This document shows, one piece after another, positions 1 through 15,505 of a DNA stretch of 64,000 nucleotides. Every line of letters begins with the position of its first letter. Positions within the stretch are counted from its first letter, which is position 1. Below the pieces are notes generated by a model. It had not been told where the DNA came from and made no database searches. It worked only from the letters and a program-made list of their open reading frames with translations. Source of the stretch: Azolla caroliniana (taxonomy: Eukaryota > Plantae > Polypodiophyta). The position numbers and the translations under genes were made by a program. The stretch spans positions 2,666,001 to 2,730,000 of the forward strand of contig JBHGNT010000015.1 in the NCBI GenBank assembly GCA_043228905.1. Reading direction: 5' to 3'.

Positions 1-1052
1 TGTTGTGTTGGCACATAGATCCCTGGAACTCTGGCATTTATTCATGTTGAAACAGCGTCTTGAAATCTTTTCTAGGGATTTAATGTAGCATTGTGCTTTG
101 CATCTCTTGTTCACATTCAATTCTTTATTCCAAGACCTGGCCATGTGATGATGGCTCAAAGATAGATTGACACACAACTTCACGTATTAAAGATTTTTGT
201 CTTCCCTTGCCTTTCGAATGGACATGCAGACACGAGGTTTAACATTTAGGAATAAGTTGTGTTCTTTTAGATTCTCAAATTTACCGAAAGGAATTTTAAA
301 CGTGACATTGAAAACTTGTGTAGGAAACTTTAGAAATAACACGTAGATGCCCAAACAATGTGTGTGGATATGTGACAAAATATTGATGAAATGTTTCATG
401 TTGTTGTGTTAATATCACCAATGCTTTCTATGTTGTTTATTCCAAGGGGATTTGGATGTAAGTGACATCTTCGTTCATCACTTATATCAAAATCAACCGT
501 TTCTAGAAAGGTTGTTTCAAAGGGTGGTGGTGGATCCATTCTAGGTGGACTCTTACTCAATGAGAAGAGTAACAAGGAAATTAAGGACACAATAAATGGA
601 AAAAAAGCTTTCTCTGAATTCAAATCATGTGGAATAATCATAAAAGTAAGTACAATTAATCAAAATCGTTGTGGGGCATATGTCGTATGACAACGTACAA
701 CTGTGACCTTCAAAGTTACTATATTATGCCCATGGCGTGTTTGGGAGGACTTGATAGTACATTGCCATCTACCACCTTGCATGCACTTGTTTACATAACC
801 TAGATGCAAATTAATAGCTACCATGTTCACTACCAAATTACTATTTTACATGTGACCATACATATGCAAGTTTGATATACAAAACTAACAATACAATCCT
901 GTCCAAGTTATGTTAGAAAATTACAATCTCATAGTTTGTACATGTCCTTCGGATATTTTAGCAATTCATTGCAATGTCAAAAATGATCTATTCCACAACA
1001 TGTAACAAACATAATTACCTCAAAGTATATTGTATTACTTCACCTTGCATTT

Positions 1053-1212
1053 CCATGACAAGACAAAATTTGATAAAGCCATATTCGTTCTAGCTCCTTG
1101 CGTTCCAACAACGCCAAATCTCATTGTCACTAGCATATTCATGACAAGACAAAATTTGATAAAGCCATATTTGCACTAGCTCCCTACATTCCCCCAATGC
1201 CAAATCTCATTA
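1053..1212. repeat. Two-copy tandem duplication (~87-bp unit)
   Basis: catgacaagacaaaatttgataaagccatatt...ccaaatctcatt occurs at ~1053 and again at ~1140. Confidence 0.8.
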
Positions 1213-2149
1213 TATGAGGCTACTTTAATAGATACCAATGTACAATGTATGGGTTGAATGCATTGAAATACGCACAAGATGATAATTTGTTGGCATGGTT
1301 CTTTTAGTGTTCATAATCATCCTTAGTTCTTCGTCCATGATTCCATGTTATGCCCTTGCAAATTATATATGATGTTCCATTGCCCACATTAGGTATATGC
1401 TATCACATTACAAACATACCTTGCATTTCAAATTATAATCTAGGATGAGAAAATGCTTGCATAAGTCAATGTATTGATATAGTTTATTGTTATTGGTATG
1501 GTCTGAGCATATAGTAGTGAGAATAAACTTTAGGGAGAGATGAGAAGGCATATAAACATTAGTGTGACATTGGGAAGTTGAGGAGAGAACTTTCTATTTA
1601 ATAAGACCCCTCAGTATCTCCATAATATTGAGACAAACAATAGTAAAGAGCCTTTAGTGAGTATGATTCTCATGGTTCATAAACATTGCACATTCTCTCT
1701 TATCGCTCTATCAACATTTATAGTGACGTCCTTATCTGTTAAGATATATTGTTAGGATATATCGAACCATGTCATGCACGAATGCCGAGAGTAATACGAG
1801 CTCAATATTTGTTACAACCTCATATTTAAGTGCATTATACCACAAGCACCATGGCTTGGTGAAAATCTACCACTAAACCAACATTAGTTATTCCTAAATT
1901 GAAACAAATATGTCTTGAGATGAACTTCCACTTTACATAAGCTACATGTTCTTTAAAAACATAAGAGTGGATGGGTAAGTATGGGGACAAGATAATTGTA
2001 GCTATTGGTGTAGTGTCCTTAAACACATTTTCATACAATCAATGGTCATACATGAAGCCCAAGAGTGCATCAAGTATGAATTCATTATGATATTGTTAGC
2101 TTAAGCGCATAAAAGAGGCACAACAATGGTCTAAAATAATGTTTCACTA

Positions 2150-2700
2150 AATAATATATCTAAGCGAAAGAAACAAGGGGTCCTAATACTAAATGATGCA
2201 CATAGAATTCTTCGAGATGCTAGATGAAGGGTTCATAGAATATCTCAATAGGATGAACCAACATAATCTATATGCATTAAACAATATTAGCTATTATTTT
2301 TATTTTAGTGTAAGAAACAAGAGGATCCTAATACCAAACAAGGGGCATCGAATTCCTTGAGATGGGAGGTGGGTGCATAGAATATGACAATCCATTGACC
2401 AACAGGATCTATCATTAAAAAATATCAGCCAATATTTTTTGTCTTAGTGAATGAAACGAGAGGATCCTAATATCAATCAATGTGCATAGAAATCTTTGAG
2501 ATGTGAGATGAAGGGTGTATAGCATATGATCATACAATGGACCAACATAATGTATCATTAAACAAGATTAGTTGTTAGTTTTCTTAGCGTAAGATATGAG
2601 AGAATCGTAATGGCAAATGTGAACTACATATGTTTGTTCAATATGCAATGTGAAGGGTTCATAGTGTGTCACAATAATCACAAACTAATATTAGTAATAA
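2150..2700. repeat. Degenerate ~140-150-bp tandem repeat, about 4 copies
   Basis: Motif aagaaacaagaggatcctaatac...catagaa(a)ttc(c)ttgagatg...gggtgcatagaatat recurs near 2165, 2312, 2452 and 2590. Confidence 0.7.
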
Positions 2701-5673
2701 ACAAATTTTTAGATACTAGGTATTGAAGGCAACTATCATGAACTGAATTCTCACAACCGTGATTATCATTCATGTCATTGGCCTTCTTTGCACAATTCTA
2801 GTATGATGGGAAATCAATGGATGCAAGTTGTGCTATTATTTGCAAATTGCTATTAGATTATTATGCTCATTAACATATTATATACAAAGCAAAAAACGAA
2901 GACTTTCAGAAAAACCTTGCACATGGTTGCAAGGATTAACTTTTTCTAGTTGTGGGATTCACTACTTTGGATTTGCATGTAATCATTTGACATTGGACAC
3001 TCAATGAAAGAATGATATTCCCCATCATAGAAAACGGAATAAGTACCAAATTGCAAGCCCTTCGATTCTAGCCATTCATGGCACAATGTTGGTGCTAAGT
3101 TTTTAAATTAAAATATAGAGTCTACGTGAATGAAGATTCCAAAGCATTAATCGTAATGGCCTTAGAACCCAAATTCAACTCTTGCAATAATCGAGGTGTG
3201 CAATGCCTTTATTGGCTAGATTTTTTTTAAATATAGCTTTAAGAATTCCGTACAATTTTTATGACGGTCAATTTGATGGGGTTTCCATTATTTTACCAAT
3301 GCCCGTAAATTCCACAGTTAAGATAATGCATGCACAAGTTCAGATAGTAGCTTAACTATAAAATAACTTAAAGTTGTGCCTAGTTATAGCTTAACTATTG
3401 TGGAAAATAAAGTGAATTTCGTTTGAGCTCTTGAACTGCTTATGATTTGCAAATCAACCCCTAATCAATTGTAAGGAACCGTCATGACTCATAATAATGT
3501 GTTTTTATTGGCAGAAAGAAAGGTTTTACACGTCCATGAACTATCTTATAGGTAGAACCTTAGGGATCAGTTTTAAAGGCTAATTTCAATGGCGTAAAGG
3601 TAAGATAAGTGGGGAAAAAGAAAGAAAGAAAAGCGGGAAACTAGATATGTTAAAGACTAAAGAAAAATCCATACTGAACACATGGCAGTTTCGGAACCTA
3701 AGGACTGGGATCATATGAAGGGGATTAGTTATTCCTTCATTGCTCATCTTGAGACATTGTTACTATTGGTGGGGCAAAGCTCTCTTCTTTCAAATCTATT
3801 CATCTCAGCTTCTGAGGTATCACATAGGGTAATATTTTGGTGGTATGGGATGCCAAAGCACCCTTATTAAACTATTCATTTTTCCAACTTAAAAATTGAA
3901 TGTTTATCATTAGCATTTGATTTGTGAGACCACATTTTGATTCACAAGGCGCTCCTCATTGTCACTTTCTAAATGTGCAACCTCCATCATCTCAGAATTT
4001 CATCATTGTCTAGCCTAACCTTTTGGTTTAAAAGGTTGGTTTTAGTGACTTATTTGATTGATGCGACACTCTTTCTAGTTTGTGTGACAATTTACCTACA
4101 TTGCCATGCGTATGCATGCTACTAGATCCGTGCATATAGCCTCAACATAGAGGCATGAAGGAATCTACTTTATTCAAAATTTGGGTCGTGTTCCTAAATA
4201 ATCCTCCCTAAAAAGGAGGAAGATGATACTATAAAGATAACACATACAAACCCTTTATGATACATAAATATATGTGCCACTCTGGAATGCATTCTTTTGA
4301 GTTTAAAGTTCTTTTGAAACCCTTAGGATTTAGGAAATGTCAAATTATTCTTGTGAACTCCATCACGGCGTCACAACTCTTTGCAAGTTCAACATTTCCA
4401 TCTCCCATAAACTTTTTGTCCTTGTGTACCTGGTGTCAAATATATGTTCTAACCTACTTATTTAGGTTCTTCTTTCATTGATCTTATAGGATTTGCCCAT
4501 ATAAAAAGTGCAAGCTTTTGCGAGCACAAATTGGACAAACTTGGGTGACAAATATCATAAAATAGAGGTGGACGTTTAGGACTAGAAAGAAGTGATTGAT
4601 AAATATCGTAGAAGAGAGTAAGATATATGCCATGAAAACCGTTTCGGTTGACATATAAAATCTCTCTAGAATCCTTCTATCAACGCCACCAATTTTTTCT
4701 TGAGAAGTGCAGGAAATGCCTGCATTTCCTGGACCTTTGACCACTATGTTAAAATCATCTACGTTGCATTAACTTTTCTCCAATTTTGCGATGTTATGCA
4801 ACAATCAACATTGTTCAAGTCATGTGTAACTTGCACACTATGAGGTGTAAGGTTATAGTAAATTGCCAACCCTGATGTGGGCCATGCAAATACATCATTG
4901 TAAAATGTGATACCCATTCCATCTAGTGATATCCTATGAAAAGCATTGTAACTTCAACGCTGATTAGTAGAGTCTATTTGTGCAAATTCCACTAGAAAGC
5001 ATAGAATTTTGTGAACCATAGGCAACTTGCATGAGAAATGCGCAATAGCACAAAGCCAGGCTAAGCATGTACAAATAACACCTAATTCTATACAACTAAT
5101 TCTATCGAAGGTTGTGGGCCATTGTAACATCTAACGAACATGTTTATTCAATGTTGGGGTTGCATACGGAGAATTGATATTGGGGATGAACTACTCATTT
5201 GAAACACATGCAGACTCATTTTGTAGTGACCAATGGGTTAAGTGGATCCTCCTCTCTATGTGGTGACAAACATTCTAGAAATGTGGATATTCCATATGGA
5301 ATCAAAGAAGGAAAAAATGAAGTTTTTATAGTTCACTACATATTAGCAAGTGGAAACCCATGTTCTCTGTCTCTGTCTCTGTCTCTCTCTCTCGTTGGCC
5401 AACTATTGCTTCCCATCATCCGAGGTAGGGCATCTCAAATGATATTTTGGACATTACGCAACTACCCCCGGGCGTGATGAAAATACTTCATTATAAATGA
5501 ACCTCCGATATTTGCGTTGCAGGATTTTATTATATTTATTGGTCCGAACATTCTAGCTGGGCAAGACGCGGGCATATTGTGAATGTGAAACGAAAGCACC
5601 CAACAACACAAAAGCACTTTACGAGGTTCTACAAGGGGGGGTTCCTCTACAAGGGAATTTGGTCGTGCAAGGC

Positions 5674-5891
5674 GGGCACGATAACGGGCGGGTGGACACA
5701 AATAGCGGGCGGGCGGACACTATAACGGGCGAGTGGGCACGATAATGGGCGGGCGGACACAATGATGGGCAAGTGGGCACGATAACGGGCGGGCGGACAC
5801 AGTAATGGGCGTGTGTGGGCATGATAACGGGCGGGCGGACACAATATTTGGGCGAGTGGGCACAATAACGGGCGGGCGGACACAATAACGG
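5674..5891. repeat. GC-rich ~20-bp minisatellite, about 11 units, upstream of the 14-3-3 gene
   Basis: Units alternate gggcacgataacgggcgggc / ggacacaataatgggcgagt. Confidence 0.9.
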
Positions 5892-6020
5892 CCCTAGGAG
5901 CTGGTTATCTTTGTTTGTTTGTTTGGACGGCTGCGATGGAGCAAAGGAGGTTCCTCGTGAGATCTGGACCGTCGATCGCCTCCCAAAGCACCTCCCTCCC
6001 GCCCGGGCCCGCGCCTGCAG

Positions 6021-6171
6021 GCCACGTGGTGTGGGAGGGAAGCCTATCGGAGGGCGCCACGTGTAAAGGCCAATAATGGCGCCCTTCTTTTCTTCTTTTT
6101 TTAATCTTACTGTGCGCGCGCGCGATGATGGCGATGGCGATGGATCGCTCCATCGCTCAATTTTAGGGTTT
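6021..6171 (+). promoter_or_regulatory. Proximal promoter of 14-3-3: two G-boxes, a CCAAT box and a telo-box
   Basis: CACGTG at 6023-6028 and 6058-6063 (both GCCACGTG), CCAAT 6070-6074, TTAGGGTTT (= AAACCCTAA telo-box) 6163-6171. Function is inferred from motif match only. Confidence 0.55.
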
Positions 6172-6410
6172 CGTCTCCTCTTCTTCTTCATCTTCATCGT
6201 CTTCTTCTTCTTCTTCTTCTTCTTCAGTTCCATAGCTTCATCCTTCTTGTTCCGATTCTTCAGTTCCATAGCTTCTTCACTTTCCTTCTTCCTCCCTTCA
6301 GTTCCATAGCTTCGTTCTTCTTGCTCTGATTCTTCGGTTTCATAGCTTCTTCTTTCTTTCTTTCTTTCTTTCTTTCTTTCGAGAATCTTCGCCGCCTTTC
6401 CTTCCGCCTT

Positions 6411-9263
<2,853 letters not shown>

Positions 9264-11401
9264 GTCTGCATGCATATGCACGTAGTATCTATCGTCGGTG
9301 GTCGAGAGATGGGAGAGTGACTTGTTCATCTTTACATGATTCATAATTGATTCCTTGAGTCAATTTTGGCTTGTGCAGAATGATTCCTGAAGGTTATAAG
9401 CTGTGGGTTGAAAGGATGTGCAGCTGACAAGGTTTTTCTTCAAGGAAGAAACACATTGAGCATCATCTGCATGAGTTTTCAAATTTCAAGGCAGGTCTTT
9501 GGCAATTCTTAACATGATTATTTGCTCTTCTCTTCACTTTTGAAACAAATACAAAATGTCTACCTAAGTTAGGCTTCAATGATCCCTTCTATTTTGAAAA
9601 CTGATGCAAGTATGGAATCTTGTGTTCCTAATCTTAATCCTATCCTGATTAGATTGAGATGTATAAGCAAATCATCTGGTTTGCAGATTATCCTCATCAT
9701 TGGCTTCTTAAAAGTCTTGTAAGAATGAGACTAGTTGAATGTCTTTATTCTGGCCACTCTGCCTACTATTTAATTTATTTGCATATTTTTATTGTTTATA
9801 TTGGAAGTATATCTCCATAGTATGTTTACAGAGTCTAGTAAATGCTAGAGTCTGTGTCAATGCTATATATATTCTCATTTAAGTTAATATCATTTATTTA
9901 CAATTTTCTTGCAATCATCTTATGTTGTAAAAATCCAAAGGTGTGCCATTAAAACAGTAAAATCCATGAGAGCTATGTGTCTTGTTCGACATATTTGAGG
10001 TAATTACTGGATATGTGGTAGGTGATAGATTGATTGTCCATATAGTGTACATGCAATAGAAAATTTTAGAGCGTAGCAATCATTATTATTACACGCAGAG
10101 GCCCTTCTTTGGATCACTTATATCATGGCAATCCTGATGTGTTCAGAATCTGCTTGGATCCAGGAGATTAATCTCATACGTTTTGAGTTTAGTTATTCAA
10201 ACTGGTGATGGTGTGTTAAGTTCATTGTAATCTAGTTTTTTATCCATTTGAGTTATTGCCCAATCCCATGGAGTCATTGATAATGGAATTAATTGATGAT
10301 ATAGTCAATTATCTGGTTTGTGTTTGTAAGAAAAGCATGAACTAATAAAGGTGTTGCTTATGGACGAAATCAATTCCAGGTATGTATGTTTTCAGTTCCT
10401 AAGATGATGATAGTTTTGTGTATTTGAATGGGAAGTGTTGCAAAAGTATCCATGGAATGCCAGATGTTCTTGATCATTATTTCATGTGCTAGACTAATAG
10501 GTGCTTCATGTTTTTCATGCAAGTTTAGAATGAATACATCACTCTTCTATCAAGTTATTGAGTCTCACTTTGTTAAGTGTTTAATTAGGGAGCAAACAAA
10601 TGTTGTTCCACTCTTCTAGAACAATTGAATGTTTCTTTATTGTGTCCATGTTGAGCTTAAACTGAAATAATTGCATTCCGAGCAAAATACATCTGCAATT
10701 AGAAGGTTCATTGAACTTTTCTTGCACTTTGACAAGGTCAGTGCATCTGGCATACATGTCCACTATTGTAGGACCATGCCAAGTAAAATATCTGTTTTTA
10801 GCAACCCGTCTACTAATGTCATGATGTACTTGAATGCCCTTGTTGAAAGCTTGTATGCTACATGAAGCACCCAAAGGGATACTTCTGGTATACTCTATCA
10901 GTGTACCTTTGTCTTCAAGTTTCTTAGATTGTCATAGATCCAACTGATACCCCTATGTTAAAACTTATGTTTAACAGTGTGCTCAATATCTCATTTGCAC
11001 AAGAGGCACAAAAGCATCAAGGTATTACATTGATTACAATATCAAGCCTAAAAATTGTACACCATCCCTTAGTATACCCCAACAAATATGATACATCTTC
11101 AAGCTCAAGAAACTGGCACCATTCATTTGTAATAATAACATTATTATCTGCGAAAAGTTGAATGAATTTTTTCTACAAAATTTGTGTAAATTATCTAGTT
11201 TTCCCACCATAATTAGCATGAGAGGGAAACCATTCATTGGGCATTTCATGCAAATGGTTCTCTATCATTGGAAAGTTGGTTGTGCAATGCATAATGTGCA
11301 TATTGTTCACAAATCGTCTTGAAACTGACATGCAAATATTTCTAACGTCAAATTTTAACTTAAGACCACATTATGATCATATGCCCTTAAAATATAGATA
11401 T

Positions 11402-14400
11402 TGTTGGCATAAAAGGCTAACTCCACCCAATTTGTATATCTAGTGTGAATACGTTACCCAATTAGGGCTTTACTATAGAAGTCCAATTGTGACATTGTAA
11501 CAAAGAGAGAGAAAGTTTTGGGGAGAATAACACAGTCTACCATTGAAGCTGAATAGTGTTCTTCGTGCTACTTATTTCTTGCCCATTGTGCGTAATCTCT
11601 TTCTCTAGTTTGTCTGTGTTGTTTTCTTGACCCATCTCCTTACAGGTCCTCAACATATTCTTCCATTGTACAACATCCCAACAGAGACATCAAGTGGTAT
11701 CAAAGCGCCCTTGTTGTCCAGTGGCAACGAACAACAGGAAACTGAGAAGAGAAGCCAACCGACTGAGAAAAAAGACTAATCTAGCATCATCAACTTTCTA
11801 GAAAATGGCAACACAGTGGACACAAGTGTGGAAATCCGGAAGTTTGATGGGAAGAACTTTGCACTATGGAAAGGGATGATGCAAGATGTGCGAATATTCC
11901 AAAGACAAATCGAAGCAATACGACACAACTCCAAGCTGGCTTTGATGTCCACTGAAGAGTGGAGATATCTATGGACGAAATCGCATGCTCCACCATGCGG
12001 ATGAACTTGGCTGAAAACGTCTATTTCAGCATGGCAAAAGAAACAACGACATTCTCATTGTGGGAGAGACATCATGCCGTTTACGAGAAGAAATCCTTTT
12101 CGTCGAAGCTCATATTAATCAAACACTTGTTCAATATGAAGATGCGAGGAAGATGCAACGACCTCCCACATCAACACCTTCCATCGGGTGTTGAACAAAC
12201 TCTACTCATAAGGGATTAACTTTGAAAAAAAAGTTAAGGCCGTTGCCCTCCTTTCGAGGCTGCCGGCGAGTTGGGAGGTATTCTATACTACATTCGCCAA
12301 CAATTGTTTGAATCTCACTTTGGATGAAGCAATCAGACAAGTCCTAACTAAGGACATCCCGCGACGATCAATAGTTCTTACCATTGATGACTCGGCAGAA
12401 GCCAACCACTTGACCAAGATAGCAAAGAGAACCGGTCGAAGCACTAGTTGGCCAAGGAAGAAGAAAGATCAGCAACAATCAACGTCAAGGAGCAGTCGGT
12501 CTAACGTCACATATTTTAGAAAGGTCGGCCACAATGTTTCCAACTGTTGGTTGATAAAAAGAAAGGAAAATGGTCAGCGATTTCATCGGACTCAAGGACA
12601 ATCCGACTCGAACCATTGTTCGATTGGCAACCAAGTTAATGTTACTGAATCCTGGTTGGGAGAAGTCCTCTCCCTAGAAGACTTGTCGACTAGAGAAGTC
12701 CTATATAGTGCGCAAGACGCACAAATGTGGTTGCTAGATTTTGGCGCCACATTTCACGTGACCCCCGACATCGAATGGTTCTCAGACTATTCGATTGGAG
12801 CCAACGACACAGTTCGACTCGATGACGGGCAAGAGTGTGTAATCGAAGGGATAAGAGAGGTCCTAATTCAATTGGTGAACGACAATTCAATCATCCTACA
12901 CCGAGTCTGGTACGTACCCGAGCTAAGGAGTTTAGTCTCCATCAGGATGCTAGCCGAAGTCGGGTACCATACGACTCTCAGTGAGTTGTCATGGATGATC
13001 ATCTGAGGAAATATGAAAATTGAATGCAGATGCAAGTGCATTGACCTGTACCTATTAATGGTGATCAATCCAGAGGGCCTGTTGAACATAACCGAATCGT
13101 AGGATTCGAACTATGGCATGGTCGACTCAGCCATATGTCCCAAGCCGAAATAGACTAGCTAATGGCGATTGGCTACATCCCAAAACTCTAGACAAAGACG
13201 GACTTTTGTGAGCATTGTTGCTACGAGAAACATACCCGAAGTCCGCACTCTCTCCACTACGAGACGATACGATAGCCCCTAAAACTAATTCACACCAATT
13301 TATGTGGGTCAATGCCCAAAAGGTCACTAGGTAGCATCCGGTACTTTCATTCGTAGATGATTGTACACGGAAAGTGTGGGCTTACTCGATTAAGTCCAAA
13401 GATGAAATGCTCCAGGTATTCACTCGGTGGTTAGCCGAAGTGGAGAACCGAGCAGGACACCGAGTGAAGACATTCCGGTCTGACAACAGAGGTGGGTACA
13501 CCTCCCAAGCCTTCAGACAGTACCTATCTGACAAAGGGATCTGGCATCAAAAGACCGTTCCATATACCCCCATGCAAAACGGTGTGGCGGAACAAATGAA
13601 TTGAACGATACAGAAGAGGGTGACGACAATGCTCCAACAATTCTGACTAAAGTTGGAATTCTGGGTGGAGGCATTGTAGACAACAATCTACTTGATAAAT
13701 TTGTCATCGTCGTGAACAATTCGGCTCAAAGTGGCACAGACACTATGGTCAAACAAACATCCGACCTACGATAGGCTTCGTACATTTGGATGTGACGCTT
13801 ATGCATTCATCCCAAAGGACCAAGTTGGCGCCCCATGTGACAAAATCTATCTTTCTATTGTACAATATTTCTAGAATATACTAACGACTAGAATATTCTG
13901 ATTTTGAAATGTACATATGCTAGACTATAGAATACTAAACGATTATATACAAATGCATGCTCATATCAAAATGGTTGAGCATGATATCTTGTTGATGTGA
14001 GGTTGTAGGTTCAATACTCACCAACTATGTATTTCATGTCACTATGTTGTGACATTGACAAAGACTCTCCATCGATGGACGAGGAGAGAGAACTTAATGG
14101 AAACATGTATCGGCTGTAGGAAGTATCATGTACATAATGGTGGTGACTTGACCCAATCTTGCATATGTCGTAGGGGTCGTTAGCCGGTACATGTCAAACC
14201 TAGGATGGAAGCATTGGGAGGTTGTGAAGGACATATTTAGGTACCTATGAGGAACTAAAGATGTATAGTTGTCTTTAAAATCGATGGCTATACAGACTCT
14301 GACTATGTCGGAAATTCGGATAATCGGAAGTCAACATATGGCTACATATTCACTTATGGCAGTGGCACCATATCCCAAGGATATAAACTACAAGACTGCA

Positions 14401-15505
14401 TGGCCTTCTTGACCACAGAGGCCGAGTACATTGTCGCATTAGAAGCAACAAAGGAAGCAATCTAGTCGCATCGACTATCAGCTGATTTTTGGGCCACGAG
14501 CCGAATCGATCATCTGGTGGCAATCATCTATTGTGACTCATAGAGTGCAATACACCTCATATAGAATCTAGTCTATCATGCGAAGATGAAATATGTTGAG
14601 GTGCGGTATCATCACATTCGAGAACTTGTAACGGAGAAGAAGCTCGAAGTCCGGATGATAGATACCGAGGTGACCATCGTCGAAACCCTGATGAAGCCCC
14701 TCTTAGAACAATGCTTCGGAGCACTAAGAGAGAACATGGGACCATGACAAGCGATCGAGCAAGTGAAAACCGAACCAACAAATGTAGCATGTAAGTCACA
14801 GCTTGACCTGGCCAGACGAGCTGAAGAGGCAAAATCGAAGGAGTCGGAAAGCTAAGAGGCTAAAGGCACAGTTGAATGCGAGGAGACCAACTAGAGAGGA
14901 GACGATCGAGCGGCAAGCTGAGCCGAAGACCGATTGAGAGGGAGCACAGGAGCAAGCACGAGTAGGACGCCGAAGGATGACTAGAGGTCGAAAGCCAAAA
15001 TCAGACTCAATCCAATCCAGACAAAGTAGTTGATCTGGCCGACCCTAACAAGCCTATCTTGACAATACATGATCCAGACAACTAGCTGAATTAGGCTAGA
15101 CATAAACTTCACCTCTGCCAATTCGGCCATAAGCCAATCGACTTGGATTTATACAATTGTAATTCAGATCCAAATTGTAATCTAGGTTTACGAGGGAGAT
15201 AACTCTGAGAGATTGTATACGCATGTAGAGTAGTCCTTTTACGGGTGAGTTTGTTGGCATAAAAGGCCGACTCCACCCAATTTGTATCTCTAGTGTGAAC
15301 ATGTGACCTAGTTAGGGCTTTACTATATAAGCCAAACTATGACATTGTAACAAAGAGAGAAAGTTTTGGAGAGAATAACAAAAGTTTACCATTTAAGCTC
15401 AGCAGTGTTCTTCTTACTACTTATTTCTTGCCCATTGTGCATAATCAATTTTTCTAGTTTGTCTGTGTTGTAACTTGTTTGACTGACATCCCAACACACA
15501 CATCA
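11402..15505 (+). mobile_element. Decayed Ty1/copia LTR retrotransposon with most of RT deleted
   Basis: LTRs 11402-11692 and 15252-15505 (TGTTGG...CATCA; 3' copy has a ~37-bp deletion). PBS TGGTATCAAAGC 11695-11706 (tRNA-iMet type); TSD gatat/gacat. Frameshifted gag (IRKFDGKNFALWK), protease (WLLDFGAT), integrase (FRSDNRGGY, QNGVAE) and RNase H (TTEAEY). Confidence 0.92.
13860..14056 (-). mobile_element. LTR-like fragment at the copia integrase/RT deletion junction, carrying a tRNA-like module
   Basis: Non-coding AT-rich insert between the integrase end and late RT (KDSP...AVGSIMY). It reads TGTCAC... on the minus strand and contains + strand tatcaaaatggttgagc...ggttcaatact (decayed A/B boxes). 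Confidence 0.5.
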
